A stretch of 64,000 bases of DNA from Lingula anatina. Its lineage: Eukaryota; Animalia; Brachiopoda. Below are positions 29,001-44,251 of the stretch, piece by piece (positions within the stretch are counted from its first letter, which is position 1; each line of letters begins with the position of its first letter). The notes under the pieces were generated by a model. That model did not search any database. It worked only from the letters and a program-made list of their open reading frames with translations, and was not told where the DNA came from. The translations under genes and the position numbers were made by a program. The DNA lies in NCBI GenBank assembly GCA_051362555.1, contig CM120640.1, forward strand, positions 29,841,967-29,905,966, given 5' to 3'.

Positions 29001-31323
29001 ATTTGGATAGATGATGCATAACAACAATAAAAATCTGTGATAAGCTCATCAGTTGACTGTGTCTCATGAAAAAGATTTTTTTTGGACAATAAATTTGAGA
29101 AAACTGACAATAACACTGAAACAACTGCCAAATTCTATGGTTTAAAATAGTTAAACGTTAATAATTTTCACAAATCTTGTCTAATATTTGTGAAATTTGG
29201 ATAGATGATGCATAACAACAATAAAAATCTGTGATAAGCTCATCAGTTGACTGTGTCTCATTAAAAATATTTTTTTGGACAATAAATTTGAGAAAATTGA
29301 AAATGACACTGAAAAGACTGCAAAATGCGGTGCCTTAAAATAGTTAAACGTTAATAATTTTCACAAAACTTGCTCAATATTTGTGAAATTTGAAGAGATG
29401 ATCCTTAACAAAAACAAATATCTGTGATAAGCTTAACAGTTAACAGTGTGTGATAGAATTGTAGTTGATTGACATTTTGTATGCGAAGAGTGGGAATTAT
29501 CTACAATATTTTTTTTTCAATTTCACAACATCTAATTAGACTCACATTAAACATCAAATATTATGATTTGAGTTTGTTTGTGTAAGAGGTGACAAATTAC
29601 CCATAATTTTCCTCTGGAAAGGAACATATACCCATGTAAGACATCTCCTTACTACCAATACCAGATGCAGATTCCTCCTTACAATCGGTTTCTTGAATAG
29701 GGTTTAGCACACCATTTGACAATGTCCTAAAGCTTGCCATATACCATCTATTGTACACATGCATGAGACATAGCATTGGTCTTGCTGTTGTCTTTCGCTG
29801 TCTGTTTTTTCTATAGGAATTAGCCCTGACCAGACAGGAAGAATCAGTTCACCAAAAAAGCCATCACGCTGTATGGAAAAGGTCACCTGGAAAAAGAACA
29901 ATATGTTTGATAAAAGTGAAAATTAAAATTCTAAAAATTGACAAATTTCCCACACTAAAATAGTTGAACAATAATTTTGATAAACTTAACCTAAAAAGTT
30001 GACTATGTCTAATAAAAAGGATATTTGGAGAACATATAAATTTGAGAAATACTGAAAATGACATTGAAAAGACTGCCAAATGCGGTGCTTTAAAATAGTT
30101 AAATGTTAATAATTTTCACAAATCTTGTCCAATATTTGTGAAATTTGGACAGATGATGCATAACAATAATAAAAATCTGTGATAAGCTCATCAGTTGACT
30201 GTGTCTCATGAAAAACATTTTTTTTTGCAACAATAAATTTGAGAAAACTGAAAATAACACTGAAACGTCTGCCAAATTCCATAGCTTAAAATAGTTAAAC
30301 GTTAATAATTTTCACAAATCTTGTCTAATGTTTATGAAATTTGGATAGATGATGCATAACAACAATAAAAATCTGTGATAAGCTCATCATATGACTGTGT
30401 CTCATGAAAAATATTTTTTTTGGACAATAAATTTGAGAAAACTGAAAATGACATTGAAAAGACTGCCAAATTCCATGGCTTAAAATAGTTAAACGTTAAT
30501 AATTTTCACAAATCTTGTCTAATATTTGTGAATTTTGGATAGATGATGCATAACAACAATAAAAATCTGTGATAAGCTCATCAGTTGACTGTGTCTCATG
30601 AAAAACGTTTTTCGGAGCAAATAAATGTGAGAAAACTGAAAATGACACTGAAAAGACTGCCAAATTCCATGGTATGAAATAGTTAAACGTTAATATTTTT
30701 CACAAATCTTGTCTAATATTTGTGGAATTTGGATAGATGATGCATAACAACAATAAAAATCTGTGATAAGCTCATCAGTTGACTGTGTCTCATGAAAAAG
30801 ATTTTTTTTGGACAATAAATTTGAGAAAACTGACAATAACACTGAAACAACTGCCAAATTCTATGGTTTAAAATAGTTAAATGTTAATAATTTTCACAAA
30901 TCTTGTCTCATATTTGTGAAATTTGGATAGATGATGCATAACAACAATAAAAATCTGTGATAAGCTCATCAGTTGACTGTGTCTCATTAAAAATATTTTT
31001 TTGGACAATAAATTTGAGAAAATTGAAAATGACACTGAAAACACTGCAAAATGCGGTGCCTTAAAATAGTTAAACGTTAATAATTTTCACAAAACTTGCT
31101 CAATATTTGTGAAATTTGAAGAGATGATCCTTAACAATAACAAAAATCTGTGATAAGCTTAACAGTTGACAGTGTGTGATAGAATTGTAGTTGTTTGACA
31201 TTTTGTATGCGAAGAGTGAGAATTATCTACAATATTTTTTTTTCAATTTCACATCTAATTAGACTCACATTAAACATCAAATATTATGATTTGAGTTTAT
31301 TTGTGTAAGAGGTGACAAATTAC

Positions 31324-31561
31324 CCATAATTTTCCTCTGGAAAAGAACATATACCCATGTAAGACATCTCCTTACTACCAATACCAAATGCAGATTCCTC
31401 CTTACAATCGGTTTCTGGAATAGGGTTTAGCACACCATTTGACAATGTCCTAAAACTTGCCATATACCATCTATTGTACACATGGATGAGACATAGCATT
31501 GGTCTTGCTGTTGTCTTTCGCTGTCTGTTTTTTCTATAGGAATTAGAATGGAAAAGGTCAC
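31324..31561 (-). other. Cassette variant with a net 48-bp deletion; frame open from acceptor to donor
   Basis: ggaattag-a-atggaaaagg: one base replaces a 49-bp stretch. Translates (G)DLFHSNSYRKNRQRKTTARPMLCLIHVYNRWYMASFRTLSNGVLNPIPETDCKEESAFGIGSKEMSYMGICSFPEENY(G). Confidence 0.5.
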
Positions 31562-34500
31562 CTGGAAAAAGAACAATATGTTTGATAAAAGTGAAAATTA
31601 AAATTCTAAAAATTGACAAATTTCCCACACTAAAATAGTTGAACAATAATTTTGATAAACTTAACCTAAAAAGTTGACTATGTCTAATAAAAAGGATATT
31701 TGGAGAACATATAAATTTGAGAAATACTGAAAATGACATTGAAAAGACTGCCAAATGCGGTGCTTTAAAATAGTTAAATGTTAATAATTTTCACAAATCT
31801 TGTCCAATATTTGTGAAATTTGGACAGATGATGCATAACAATAATAAAAATCTGTGATAAGCTCATCAGTTGACTGTGTCTCATGAAAAACATTTTTTTT
31901 TTGCGACAATAAATTTGAGAAAACTGAAAATAACACTGTAACGTCTGCCAAATTCCATAGCTTAAAATAGTTAAACGTTAATTATTTTCACAAATCTTGT
32001 CTAATATTTGTGAAATTTGGATAGATGATGCATAACAACAATAAAAATCTGTGATAAGCTCATCAGTTGACTGTGTCTCATGAAAAATATTTTTTTGGAC
32101 AATAAATTTGAGAAAACTGAAAATGACATTGAAAAGACTGCCAAATTCCATGGCTTAAAATAGTTAAACGTTAATAATTTTCACAAATCTTGTCTAATAT
32201 TTGTGAAATTTGGATAGATGATGCATAACAACAATAAAAATCTGTGATAAGCTCATCAGTTGACTGTGTCTCATGAAAAACATTTTTTTGGACAATAAAT
32301 TTGAGAAAACTGAAAATGACATTGAAAAGACTGCCAAATTCCATGGCTTAAAATAGTTAAACGTTAATAATTTTCACAAATCTTGTCTAATATTTGTGAA
32401 TTTTGGATAGATGATGCATAACAACAATAAAAATCTGTGATAAGCTCATCAGTTGACTGTGTCTCATGAAAAACATTTTTTTGGACAATAAATTTGAGAA
32501 AACTGAAAATGACACTGAAAAGACTGCCAAATTCCATGGTATAAAATAGTTAAACGTTAATATTTTTCACAAATCTTGTCTAATATTTGTGGAATTTGGA
32601 TAGATGATGCATAACAACAATAAAAATCTGTGATAAGCTCATCAGTTGACTGTGTCTCATGAAAAAGATTTTTTTTGGACAATAAATTTGAGAAAACTGA
32701 CAATAACACTGAAACAACTGCCAAATTCTATGGTTTAAAATAGTTAAACGTTAATAATTTTCACAAATCTTGTCTAATATTTGTGAAATTTGGATAGATG
32801 ATGCATAACAACAATAAAAATCTGTGATAAGCTCATCAGTTGACTGTGTCTCATGAAAAATATTTTTTTGGACAATAAATTTGAGAAAACTGACAATAAC
32901 ACTGAAAAGACTGCAAAATGCGGTGCCTTAAAATAGTTAAACGTTAATAATTTTCACAAAACTTGCTCAATATTTGTGAAATTTGGAGAGATGATGCTTA
33001 ACAATAACAAATATCTGTGACAAGCTTAACAGTTGACAGTGTGTGATAGAATTGTAGTTGATTGACATTTTGTATGCAAAGAGTGAGAATTATCTACAAT
33101 ATTTTTTTTTCAATTTCACAACATCTAATTAGACTCACATTAAACATCAAATATTATGATTTGAGTTTGTTTGTATAAGAGGTGACAAATTACCCATAAT
33201 TTTCCTCTGGAAAAGAACATATACCCATGTAAGGCATCTCCTTACTACCAATACCAGATGCAGATTCCTCCTTACAATCGGTTTCTTGAATAGGGTTTAG
33301 CACACCATTTGACAATGTCCTAAAGCTTGCCATATACCATCTATTGTACACATGCATGAGACATAGCATTGGTCTTGCTGTTGTCTTTCGCTGTCTGTTT
33401 TTTCTATAGGAATTAGCCCTGACCAGACAGGAAGAATCAGTTCACCAAAAAAGCCATCACGCTGTATGGAAAAGGTCACCTGGAAAAAGAACAATATGTT
33501 TGATAAAAGTGAAAATTAAAATTCTAAAAATTGATAAATTTCCCACACTAAAATAGTTGAACAATAATTTTGATAAACTTAACCTAAAAAGTTGACTATG
33601 TCTAATAAAAAGGATATTTGGAGAACATATAAATTTGAGAAATACTGAAAATGACATTGAAAAGACTGCCAAATGCGGTGCTTTAAAATAGTTAAATGTT
33701 AATAATTTTCACAAATCTTGTCCAATATTTGTGAAATTTGGACAGATGATGCATAACAATAATAAAAATCTGTGATAAGCTCATCAGTTGACTGTGTCTC
33801 ATGAAAAACATTTTTTTTTGCAACAATAAATTTGAGAAAACTGAAAATAACACTGAAACGTCTGCCAAATTCCATAGCTTAAAATAGTTAAACGTTAATA
33901 ATTTTCACAAATCTTGTCTAATGTTTATGAAATTTGGATAGATGATGCATAACAACAATAAAAATCTGTGATAAGCTCATCATATGACTGTGTCTCATGA
34001 AAAATATTTTTTTGGACAATAAATTTGAGAAAACTGAAAATGACATTGAAAAGACTGCCAAATTCCATGGCTTAAAATAGTTAAACGTTAATAATTTTCA
34101 CAAATCTTGTCTAATATTTGTGAATTTTGGATAGATGATGCATAACAACAATAAAAATCTGTGATAAGCTCATCAGTTGACTGTGTCTCATGAAAAATAT
34201 TTTTTTGGACAATAAATTTGAGAAAACTGAAAATGACATTGAAAAGACTGCCAAATTCCATGGTATAAAATAGTTAAACGTTAATATTTTTCACAAATCT
34301 TGTCTAATATTTGTGGAATTTGGATAGATGATGCATAACAACAATAAAAATCTGTGATAAGCTCATCAGTTGACTGTGTCTCATTAAAAATATTTTTTTG
34401 GACAATAAATTTGAGAAAATTGAAAATGACACTGAAAAGACTGCAAAATACGGTGCCTTAAAATAGTTAAACGTTAATAATTTTCACAAAACTTGCTCAA

Positions 34501-37500
34501 TATTTGTGAAATTTGAAGAGATGATCCTTAACAAAAACAAATATCTGTGATAAGCTTAACAGTTAACAGTGTGTGATAGAATTGTAGTTGTTTGACATTT
34601 TGTATGCGAAGAGTGGGAATTATCTACAATATTTTTTTTTCAATTTCACAACATCTAATTAGACTCACATTAAACATCAAATATTATGATTTGAGTTTGT
34701 TTGTGTAAGAGGTGACAAATTACCCATAATTTTCCTCTGGAAAAGAACATATACCCATGTAAGACATCTCCTTACTACCAATACCAGATACAGATTCCTC
34801 CTTACAATCGGTTTCTTGAATAGGGTTTAGCACACCATTTGACAATGTCCTAAAGCTTGCCATATACCATCTATTGTACACATGCATGAGACATAGCATT
34901 GGTCTTGCTGTTGTCTTTTGCTGTCTGTTTTTTCTATAGGAATTAGCCCTGACCAGACAGGAAGAATCAGTTCACCAAAAAAGCCATCACGCTGTATGGA
35001 AAAGGTCACCTGGAAAAAGAACAATATGTTTGATAAAAGTTAAAATTAAAATTCTAAAAATTGACAAATTTCCCACACTAAAATAGTTGAACAATAATTT
35101 TGATAAACTTAACCTAAAAAGTTGACTATGTCTAATAAAAAGGATATTTGGAGAACATATAAATTTGAGAAATACTGAAAATGACATTGAAAAGACTGCC
35201 AAATGCGGTGCTTTAAAATAGTTAAATGTTAATAATTTTCACAAATCTTGTCCAATATTTGTGAAATTTGGACAGATGATGCATAACAATAATAAAAATC
35301 TGTGATAAGCTCATCAGTTGACTGTGTCTCATGAAAAACATTTTTTTTTGCGACAATAAATTTGAGAAAACTGAAAATAACACTGAAACGTCTGCCAAAT
35401 TCCATAGCTTAAAATAGTTAAACGTTAATTATTTTCACAAATCTTGTCTAATATTTGTGAAATTTGGATAGATGATGCATAACAACAATAAAAATCTGTG
35501 ATAAGCTCATCAGTTGACTGTGTCTCATGAAAAATATTTTTTTGGACAATAAATTTGAGAAAACTGAAAATGACATTGAAAAGACTGCCAAATTCCATGG
35601 CTTAAAATAGTTAAACGTTAATAATTTTCACAAATCTTGTCTAATATTTGTGAATTTTGGATAGATGATGCATAACAACAATAAAAATCTGTGATAAGCT
35701 CATCAGTTGACTGTGTCTCATGAAAAATATTTTTTTGGACAATAAATTTGAGAAAACTGAAAATGACATTGAAAAGACTGCCAAATTCCATGGCTTAAAA
35801 TAGTTAAACGTTAATAATTTTCACAAATCTTGTCTAATATTTGTGAATTTTGGATAGATGATGCATAACAACAATAAAAATCTGTGATAAGCTCATCAGT
35901 TGACTGTGTCTCATGAAAAACATTTTTTTGGACAATAAATTTGAGAAAACTGAAAATGACACTGAAAAGACTGCCAAATTCCATGGTATAAAATAGTTAA
36001 ACGTTAATATTTTTCACAAATCTTGTCTAATATTTGTGGAATTTGGATAGATGATGCATAACAACAATAAAAATCTGTGATAAGCTCATCAGTTGACTGT
36101 GTCTCATGAAAAAGATTTTTTTTGGACAATAAATTTGAGAAAACTGACAATAACACTGAAACAACTGCCAAATTCTATGGTTTAAAATAGTTAAACGTTA
36201 ATAATTTTCACAAATCTTGTCTAATATTTGTGAAATTTGGATAGATGATGCATAACAACAATAAAAATCTGTGATAAGCTCATCAGTTGACTGTGTCTCA
36301 TTAAAAATATTTTTTGGACAATAAATTTGAGAAAACTGACAATAACACTGAAAAGACTGCAAAATGCGGTGCCTTAAAATAGTTAAACGTTAATAATTTT
36401 CACAAAACTTGCTCAATATTTGTGAAATTTGAAGAGATGATCCTTAACAAAAACAAATATCTGTGATAAGCTTAACAGTTAACAGTGTGTGATAGAATTG
36501 TAGTTGTTTGACATTTTGTATGCGAAGAGTGGGAATTATCTACAATATTTTTTTTTCAATTTCACAACATCTAATTAGACTCACATTAAACATCAAATAT
36601 TATGATTTGAGTTTGTTTGTGTAAGAGGTGACAAATTACCCATAATTTTCCTCTGGAAAAGAACATATACCCATGTAAGACATCTCCTTACTACCAATAC
36701 CAGATGCAGATTCCTCCTTACAATCGGTTTCTTGAATAGGGTTTAGCACACCATTTGACAATGTCCTAAAGCTTGCCATATACCATCTATTGTACACATG
36801 CATGAGACATAGCATTGGTCTTGCTGTTGTCTTTCGCTGTCTGTTTTTTCTATAGGAATTAGCCCTGACCAGACAGGAAGAATCAGTTCACCAAAAAAGC
36901 CATCACGCTGTATGGAAAAGGTCACCTGGAAAAAGAACAATATGTTTGATAAAAGTGAAAATTAAAATTCTAAAAATTGACAAATTTCCCACACTAAAAT
37001 AGTTGAACAATAATTTTGATAAACTTAACCTAAAAAGTTGACTATGTCTAATAAAAAGGATATTTGGAGAACATATATATTTGAGAAATACTGAAAATGA
37101 CATTGAAAAGACTGCCAAATGCGGTGCTTTAAAATAGTTAAATGTTAATAATTTTCACAAATCTTGTCCAATATTTGTGAAATTTGGCCAGATGATGCAT
37201 AACAATAATAAAAATCTGTGATAAGCTCATCAGTTGACTGTGTCTCATGAAAAACATTTTTTTTGCGACAATAAATTTGAGAAAACTGAAAATAACACTG
37301 AAACGTCTGCCAAATTCCATAGCTTAAAATAGTTAAACGTTAATAATTTTCACAAATCTTGTCTAATGTTTATGAAATTTGGATAGATGATGCATAACAA
37401 CAATAAAAATCTGTGATAAGCTCATCATATGACTGTGTCTCATGAAAAATATTTTTTTGGACAATAAATTTGAGAAAACTGAAAATGACATTGAAAAGAC

Positions 37501-40280
37501 TGCCAAATTCCATGGCTTAAAATAGTTAAACGTTAATAATTTTCACAAATCTTGTCTAATATTTGTGAATTTTGGATAGATGATGCATAACAACAATAAA
37601 AATCTGTGATAAGCTCATCAGTTGACTGTGTCTCATGAAAAACATTTTTCGGAGCAAATAAATGTGAGAAAACTGAAAATGACACTGAAAAGACTGCCAA
37701 ACTCCATGGTATAAAATAGTTAAACGTTAATATTTTTCACAAATCTTGTCTAATATTTGTGGAATTTGGATAGATGATGCATAACAACAATAAAAATCTG
37801 TGATAAGCTCATCAGTTGACTGTGTCTCATGAAAAAGATTTTTTTTGGACAATAAATTTGAGAAAACTGACAATAACACTAAAACAACTGCCAAATTCTA
37901 TGGTTTAAAATAGTTAAACGTTAATAATTTTCACAAATCTTGTCTAATATTTGTGAAATTTGGATAGATGATGCATAACAACAATAAAATCTGTGATAAG
38001 CTCATCAGTTGACTGTGTCTCATTAAAAATATTTTTTTGGACAATAAATTTGAGAAAACTGACAATAACACTGAAAAGACTGCAGAATGCGGTGCCTTAA
38101 AATAGTTAAACGTTAATAATTTTCACAAAACTTGCTCAATATTTGTGAAATTTGAAGAGTTGATCCTTAACAAAAACAAATATCTGTGATAAGCTTAACA
38201 GTTAACAGTGTGTGATAGAATTGTAGTTGATTGACATTTTGTATGCGAAGAGTGGGAATTATCTACAATATTTTTTTTTCAATTTCACAACATCTAATTA
38301 GAGTCACATTAAACATCAAATATTATGATTTGAGTTTGTTTGAGTAAGAGGTGACAAATTACCCATAATTTTCCTCTGGAAAAGAACATATACCCATGTA
38401 AGACATCTCCTTACTACCAATACCAGATGCAGATTCCTCCTTACAATCGGTTTCTTGAATAGGGTTTAGCACACCATTTGACAATGTCCTAAAGCTTGCC
38501 ATATACCATCTATTGTACACATGCATGAGACATAGCATTGGTCTTGCTGTTGTCTTTCGCTGTCTGTTTTTTCTATAGGAATTAGCCCTGACCAGACAGG
38601 AAGAATCAGTTCACCAAAAAAGCCATCACGCTGTATGGAAAAGGTCACCTGGAAAAAGAACAATATGTTTGATAAAAGTGAAAATTAAAATTCTAAAAAT
38701 TGACAAATTTCCCACACTAAAATAGTTGAACAATAATTTTGATAAACTTAACCTAAAAAGTTGACTATGTCTAATAAAAAGGATATTTGGAGAACATATA
38801 AATTTGAGAAATACTGAAAATGACATTGAAAAGACTGCCAAATGCGGTGCTTTAAAATAGTTAAATGTTAATAATTTTCACAAATCTTGTCCAATATTTG
38901 TGAAATTTGGACAGATGATGCATAACAATAATAAAAATCTGTGATAAGCTCATCAGTTGACTGTGTCTCATGAAAAACATTTTTTTTTTTGCGACAATAA
39001 ATTTGAGAAAACTGAAAATAACACTGAAACGTCTGCCAAATTCCATAGCTTAAAATAGTTAAACGTTAATAATTTTCACAAATCTTGTCTAATATTTGTG
39101 AAATTTGGATAAATGATGCATAACAACAATAAAAATCTGTGATAAGCTCATCAGTTGACTGTGTCTCATGAAAAATATTTTTTTGGACAATAAATTTGAG
39201 AAAACTGAAAATGACATTGAAAAGACTGCCAAATTCCATGGCTTAAAATAGTTAAACGTTAATAATTTTCACAAATCTTGTCTAATATTTGTGAAATTTG
39301 GATAAATGATGCATAACAATAATAAAAATCTGTGATAAGCACATCAGTTGACTGTGTTTCATGAAAAACATTTTTCAGAGCATATAAATGAGAGAAAACT
39401 GAAAATGACACTGAAAAGACTGCCAAATTCCATGGCTTAAAATAGTTAAACGTTAATAATTTTCACAAATCTTGTCAAATATTTGTGAATTTTGGATAGA
39501 TGATGCATAACAACAATAAAAATCTGTGATAAGCTCATCAGTTGACTGTGTCTCATGAAAAACATTTTTCGGAGCAAATAAATGTGAGAAAACTGAAAAT
39601 GACACTGAAAAGACTGCCAAATTCCATGGTATAAAATAGTTAAACGTTAATATTTTTCACAAATCTTGTCTAATATTTGTGGAATTTGGATAGATGATGC
39701 ATAACAACAATAAAAATCTGTGATAAGCTCATCAGTTGACTGTGTCTCATGAAAAAGATTTTTTTTGGACAATAAATTTGAGAAAACTGACAATAACACT
39801 GAAACAACTGCCAAATTCTATGGTTTAAAATAGTTAAACGTTAATAATTTTCACAAATCTTGTCTAATATTTGTGAAATTTGGATAGATGATGCATAACA
39901 ACAATAAAAATCTGTGATAAGCTCATCAGTTGACTGTGTCTCATTAAAAATATTTTTTTGGACAATAAATTTGAGAAAACTGACAATAACACTGAAAAGA
40001 CTGCAAAATGCGGTGCCTTAAAATAGTTAAACGTTAATAATTTTCACAAAACTTGCTCAATATTTGTGAAATTTGAAGAGATGATCCTTAACAATAACAA
40101 AAATCTGTGATAAGCTTAACAGTTGACAGTGTGTGATAGAATTGTAGTTGTTTGACATTTTGTATGCGAAGAGTGAGAATTATCTACAATATTTTTTTTT
40201 CAATTTCACATCTAATTAGACTCACATTAAACATCAAATATTATGATTTGAGTTTGTTTGTGTAAGAGGTGACAAATTAC

Positions 40281-40518
40281 CCATAATTTTCCTCTGGAAA
40301 AGAACATATACCCATGTAAGACATCTCCTTACTACCAATACCAAATGCAGATTCCTCCTTACAATCGGTTTCTGGAATAGGGTTTAGCACACCATTTGAC
40401 AATGTCCTAAAACTTGCCATATACCATCTATTGTACACATGGATGAGACATAGCATTGGTCTTGCTGTTGTCTTTCGCTGTCTGTTTTTTCTATAGGAAT
40501 TAGAATGGAAAAGGTCAC
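40281..40518 (-). other. Cassette variant with a net 48-bp deletion (second copy)
   Basis: Same junction and linked SNPs (ccaaatgcag, ttctggaatag, taaaacttg) as 31324-31561. Confidence 0.5.
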
Positions 40519-41834
40519 CTGGAAAAAGAACAATATGTTTGATAGAAGTGAAAATTAAAATTCTAAAAATTGACAAATTTCCCACACTAAAATAGTTGAA
40601 CAATAATTTTGATAAACTTAACCTAAAAAGTTGACTATGTCTAATAAAAAGGATATTTGGAGAACATATAAATTTGAGAAATACTGAAAATGACATTGAA
40701 AAGACTGCCAAATGCGGTGCTTTAAAATAGTTAAATGTTAATAATTTTCACAAATCTTGTCCAATATTTGTGAAATTTGGACAGATGATGCATAACAATA
40801 ATAAAAATCTGTGATAAGCTCATCAGTTCACTGTGTCTCATGAAAAACATTTTTTTTTGCGACAATAAATTTGAGAAAACTGAAAATAACACTGAAACGT
40901 CTGCCAAATTCCATAGCTTAAAATAGTTAAACGTTAATTATTTTCACAAATCTTGTCTAATATTTGTGAAATTTGGATAGATGATGCATAACAACAATAA
41001 AAATCTGTGATAAGCTCATCAGTTGACTGTGTCACATGAAAAATATTTTTTTGGACAATAAATTTGAGAAAACTGAAAATGACATTGAAAAGACTGCCAA
41101 ATTCCATGGCTTAAAATAGTTAAACGTTAATAATTTTCACAAATCTTGTCTAATATTTGTGAATTTTGGATAGATGATGCATAACAACAATAAAAATCTG
41201 TGATAAGCTCATCAGTTGACTGTGTCTCATGAAAAACATTTTTTGGAGCAAATAAATGTGAGAAAACTGAAAATGACACTGAAAAGACTGCCAAATTCCA
41301 TGGTATAAAATAGTTAAACGTTAATATTTTTCACAAATCTTGTCTAATATTTGTGGAATTTGGATAGATGATGCATAACAACAATAAAAATCTGTGATAA
41401 GCTCATCAGTTGACTGTGTCTCATGAAAAAGATTTTTTTTGGACAATAAATTTGAGAAAACTGACAATAACACTGAAACAACTGCCAAATTCTATGGTTT
41501 AAAATAGTTAAACGTTAATAATTTTCACAAATCTTGTCTAATATTTGTGAAATTTGGATAGATGCGGTGCCTTAAAATAGTTAAACGTTAATAATTTTCA
41601 CAAAACTTGCTCAATATTTGTGAAATTTGAAGAGATGATCCTTAACAATAACAAAAATCTGTGATAAGCTTAACAGTTGACAGTGTGTGATAGAATTGTA
41701 GTTGTTTGACATTTTGTATGCGAAGAGTGAGAATTATCTACAATATTTTTTTTTCAATTTCACATCTAATTAGACTCACATTAAACATCAAATATTATGA
41801 TTTGAGTTTATTTGTGTAAGAGGTGACAAATTAC

Positions 41835-42072
41835 CCATAATTTTCCTCTGGAAAAGAACATATACCCATGTAAGACATCTCCTTACTACCAATACCAAAT
41901 GCAGATTCCTCCTTACAATCGGTTTCTGGAATAGGGTTTAGCACACCATTTGACAATGTCCTAAAACTTGCCATGTACCATCTATTGTACACATGGATGA
42001 GACATAGCATTGGTCTTGCTGTTGTCTTTCGCTGTCTGTTTTTTCTATAGGAATTAGAATGGAAAAGGTCAC
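41835..42072 (-). other. Cassette variant with a net 48-bp deletion (third copy)
   Basis: Same junction and linked SNPs as 31324-31561. Confidence 0.5.
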
Positions 42073-44251
42073 CTGGAAAAAGAACAATATGTTTGATAAA
42101 AGTGAAAATTAAAATTCTAAAAATTGACAAATTTCCCACACTAAAATAGTTGAACAATAATTTTGATAAACTTAACCTAAAAAGTTGACTATGTCTAATA
42201 AAAAGGATATTTGGAGAACATATAAATTTGAGAAATACTGAAAATGACATTGAAAAGACTGCCAAATGCGGTGCTTTAAAATAGTTAAATGTTAATAATT
42301 TTCACAAATCTTGTCCAATATTTGTGAAATTTGGACAGATGATGCATAACAATAATAAAAATCTGTGATAAGCTCATCAGTTGACTGTGTCTCATGAAAA
42401 ACATTTTTTTTTGCGACAATAAATTTGAGAAAACTGAAAATAACACTGAAACGTCTGCCAAATTCCATAGCTTAAAATAGTTAAACGTTAATTATTTTCA
42501 CAAATCTTGTCTAATATTTGTGAAATTTGGACAGATGATGCATAACAACAATAAAAATCTGTGATAAGCTCATCAGTTGACTGTGTCTCATGAAAAATAT
42601 TTTTTTGGACAATAAATTTGAGAAAACTGAAAATGACATTGAAAAGACTGCCAAATTCCATGGCTTAAAATAGTTAAACGTTAATAATTTTCACAAATCT
42701 TGTCTAATATTTGTGAATTTTGGATAGATGATGCATAACAACAATAAAAATCTGTGATAAGCTCATCAGTTGACTGTGTCTCATGAAAAACATTTTTTTG
42801 GACAATAAATTTGAGAAAACTGAAAATGACACTGAAAAGACTGCCAAATTCCATGGTATAAAATAGTTAAACGTTAATATTTTTCACAAATCTTGTCTAA
42901 TATTTGTGGAATTTGGATAGATGATGCATAACAACAATAAAAATCTGTGATAAGCTCATCAGTTGACTGTGTCTCATGAAAAAGATTTTTTTTGGACAAT
43001 AAATTTGAGAAAACTGACAATAACACTGAAACAACTGCCAAATTCTATGGTTTAAAATAGTTAAACGTTAATAATTTTCACAAATCTTGTCTAATATTTG
43101 TGAAATTTGGATAGATGATGCATAACAACAATAAAAATCTGTGTATGTGAAAACTGAAAATGACATTGAAAAGACTGCAAAATACGGTGCATTAAAATAG
43201 TTAAATGTTAATAAGTTTCACAAATGTCGTTCAATATTTGTGACATTTGATCAGATGATGCATAACAATAATAAAAATCTGTGATAAGCTCATCAGTTGA
43301 ATGTGTCTCATGAAAAATAATTTTCAGAGCATATGAATGTGAAAAAACTGAAAATGACATTGTAAAGACTTCCAAATTCCATGGCTTAAAATAGTTAAAC
43401 ATTAATAATTTTAACAAATCTCGTCCAATGTTTGTGAAATTTGTACAAGTCATGCATAACAACAATTAAAATCTGTGATAAGCTCATCAGTTGACCGTGT
43501 CTCATGAAAAAGATTTTTCAGAGCATACGAATTGGAGAAAACTGAAAATTAGATTGAAAAGACTGCCAAATTCCATGGCTTAAAATAGTTATATGTTAAT
43601 GATTGTCACAAATCTTGTCCAATATTTGTGAAATTTGTATATATCTATATTATCATGCTTAACATCAATAAAAATCTGTAAAAAGCACAACAGTTGACAA
43701 TGTCCAATGAAAAAGATTTTTCAGAGCATATAAATTTGAGAAAACTGAAAATGACATTGAAAAGACTGCCAAATTCCATGGATTAAAACAGTTAAACGTT
43801 AATATTTTCACAAATCTAGTGCAATATTTGTGAAATTTGTACAAATAATTCCTTAGATAAATAAAAATCTGTGATAAGCTCATCAGTTGATTGGGTTCAA
43901 TGAAAATGATTTTTTTTTTTTTTTTTGGACAATATATTTGAGAAAACTGAAAATATCACTGAAAAGACTGCCAAATTCCAAGGTATACAATAGTTAAACG
44001 TTAATAATTTTGACAAATCTTGTCCATTATTTGTGGAATTTGGACAAATGATACTTTACAATAATAAAAATCTGTGATAAGCTTATCAGCTGACTGTGTG
44101 TAATAGAAGTGTAGCTTATTGACAATTTGTATGAGAAGACTGAGAATTATCAAAAACATTTTTTTTTTCAATTTCACAACATCTAATTAGCTTCATATTA
44201 AACATCAAATGATATGATTTGAGTTTGTTTGTGTAAGAGGTGACAAATTAC

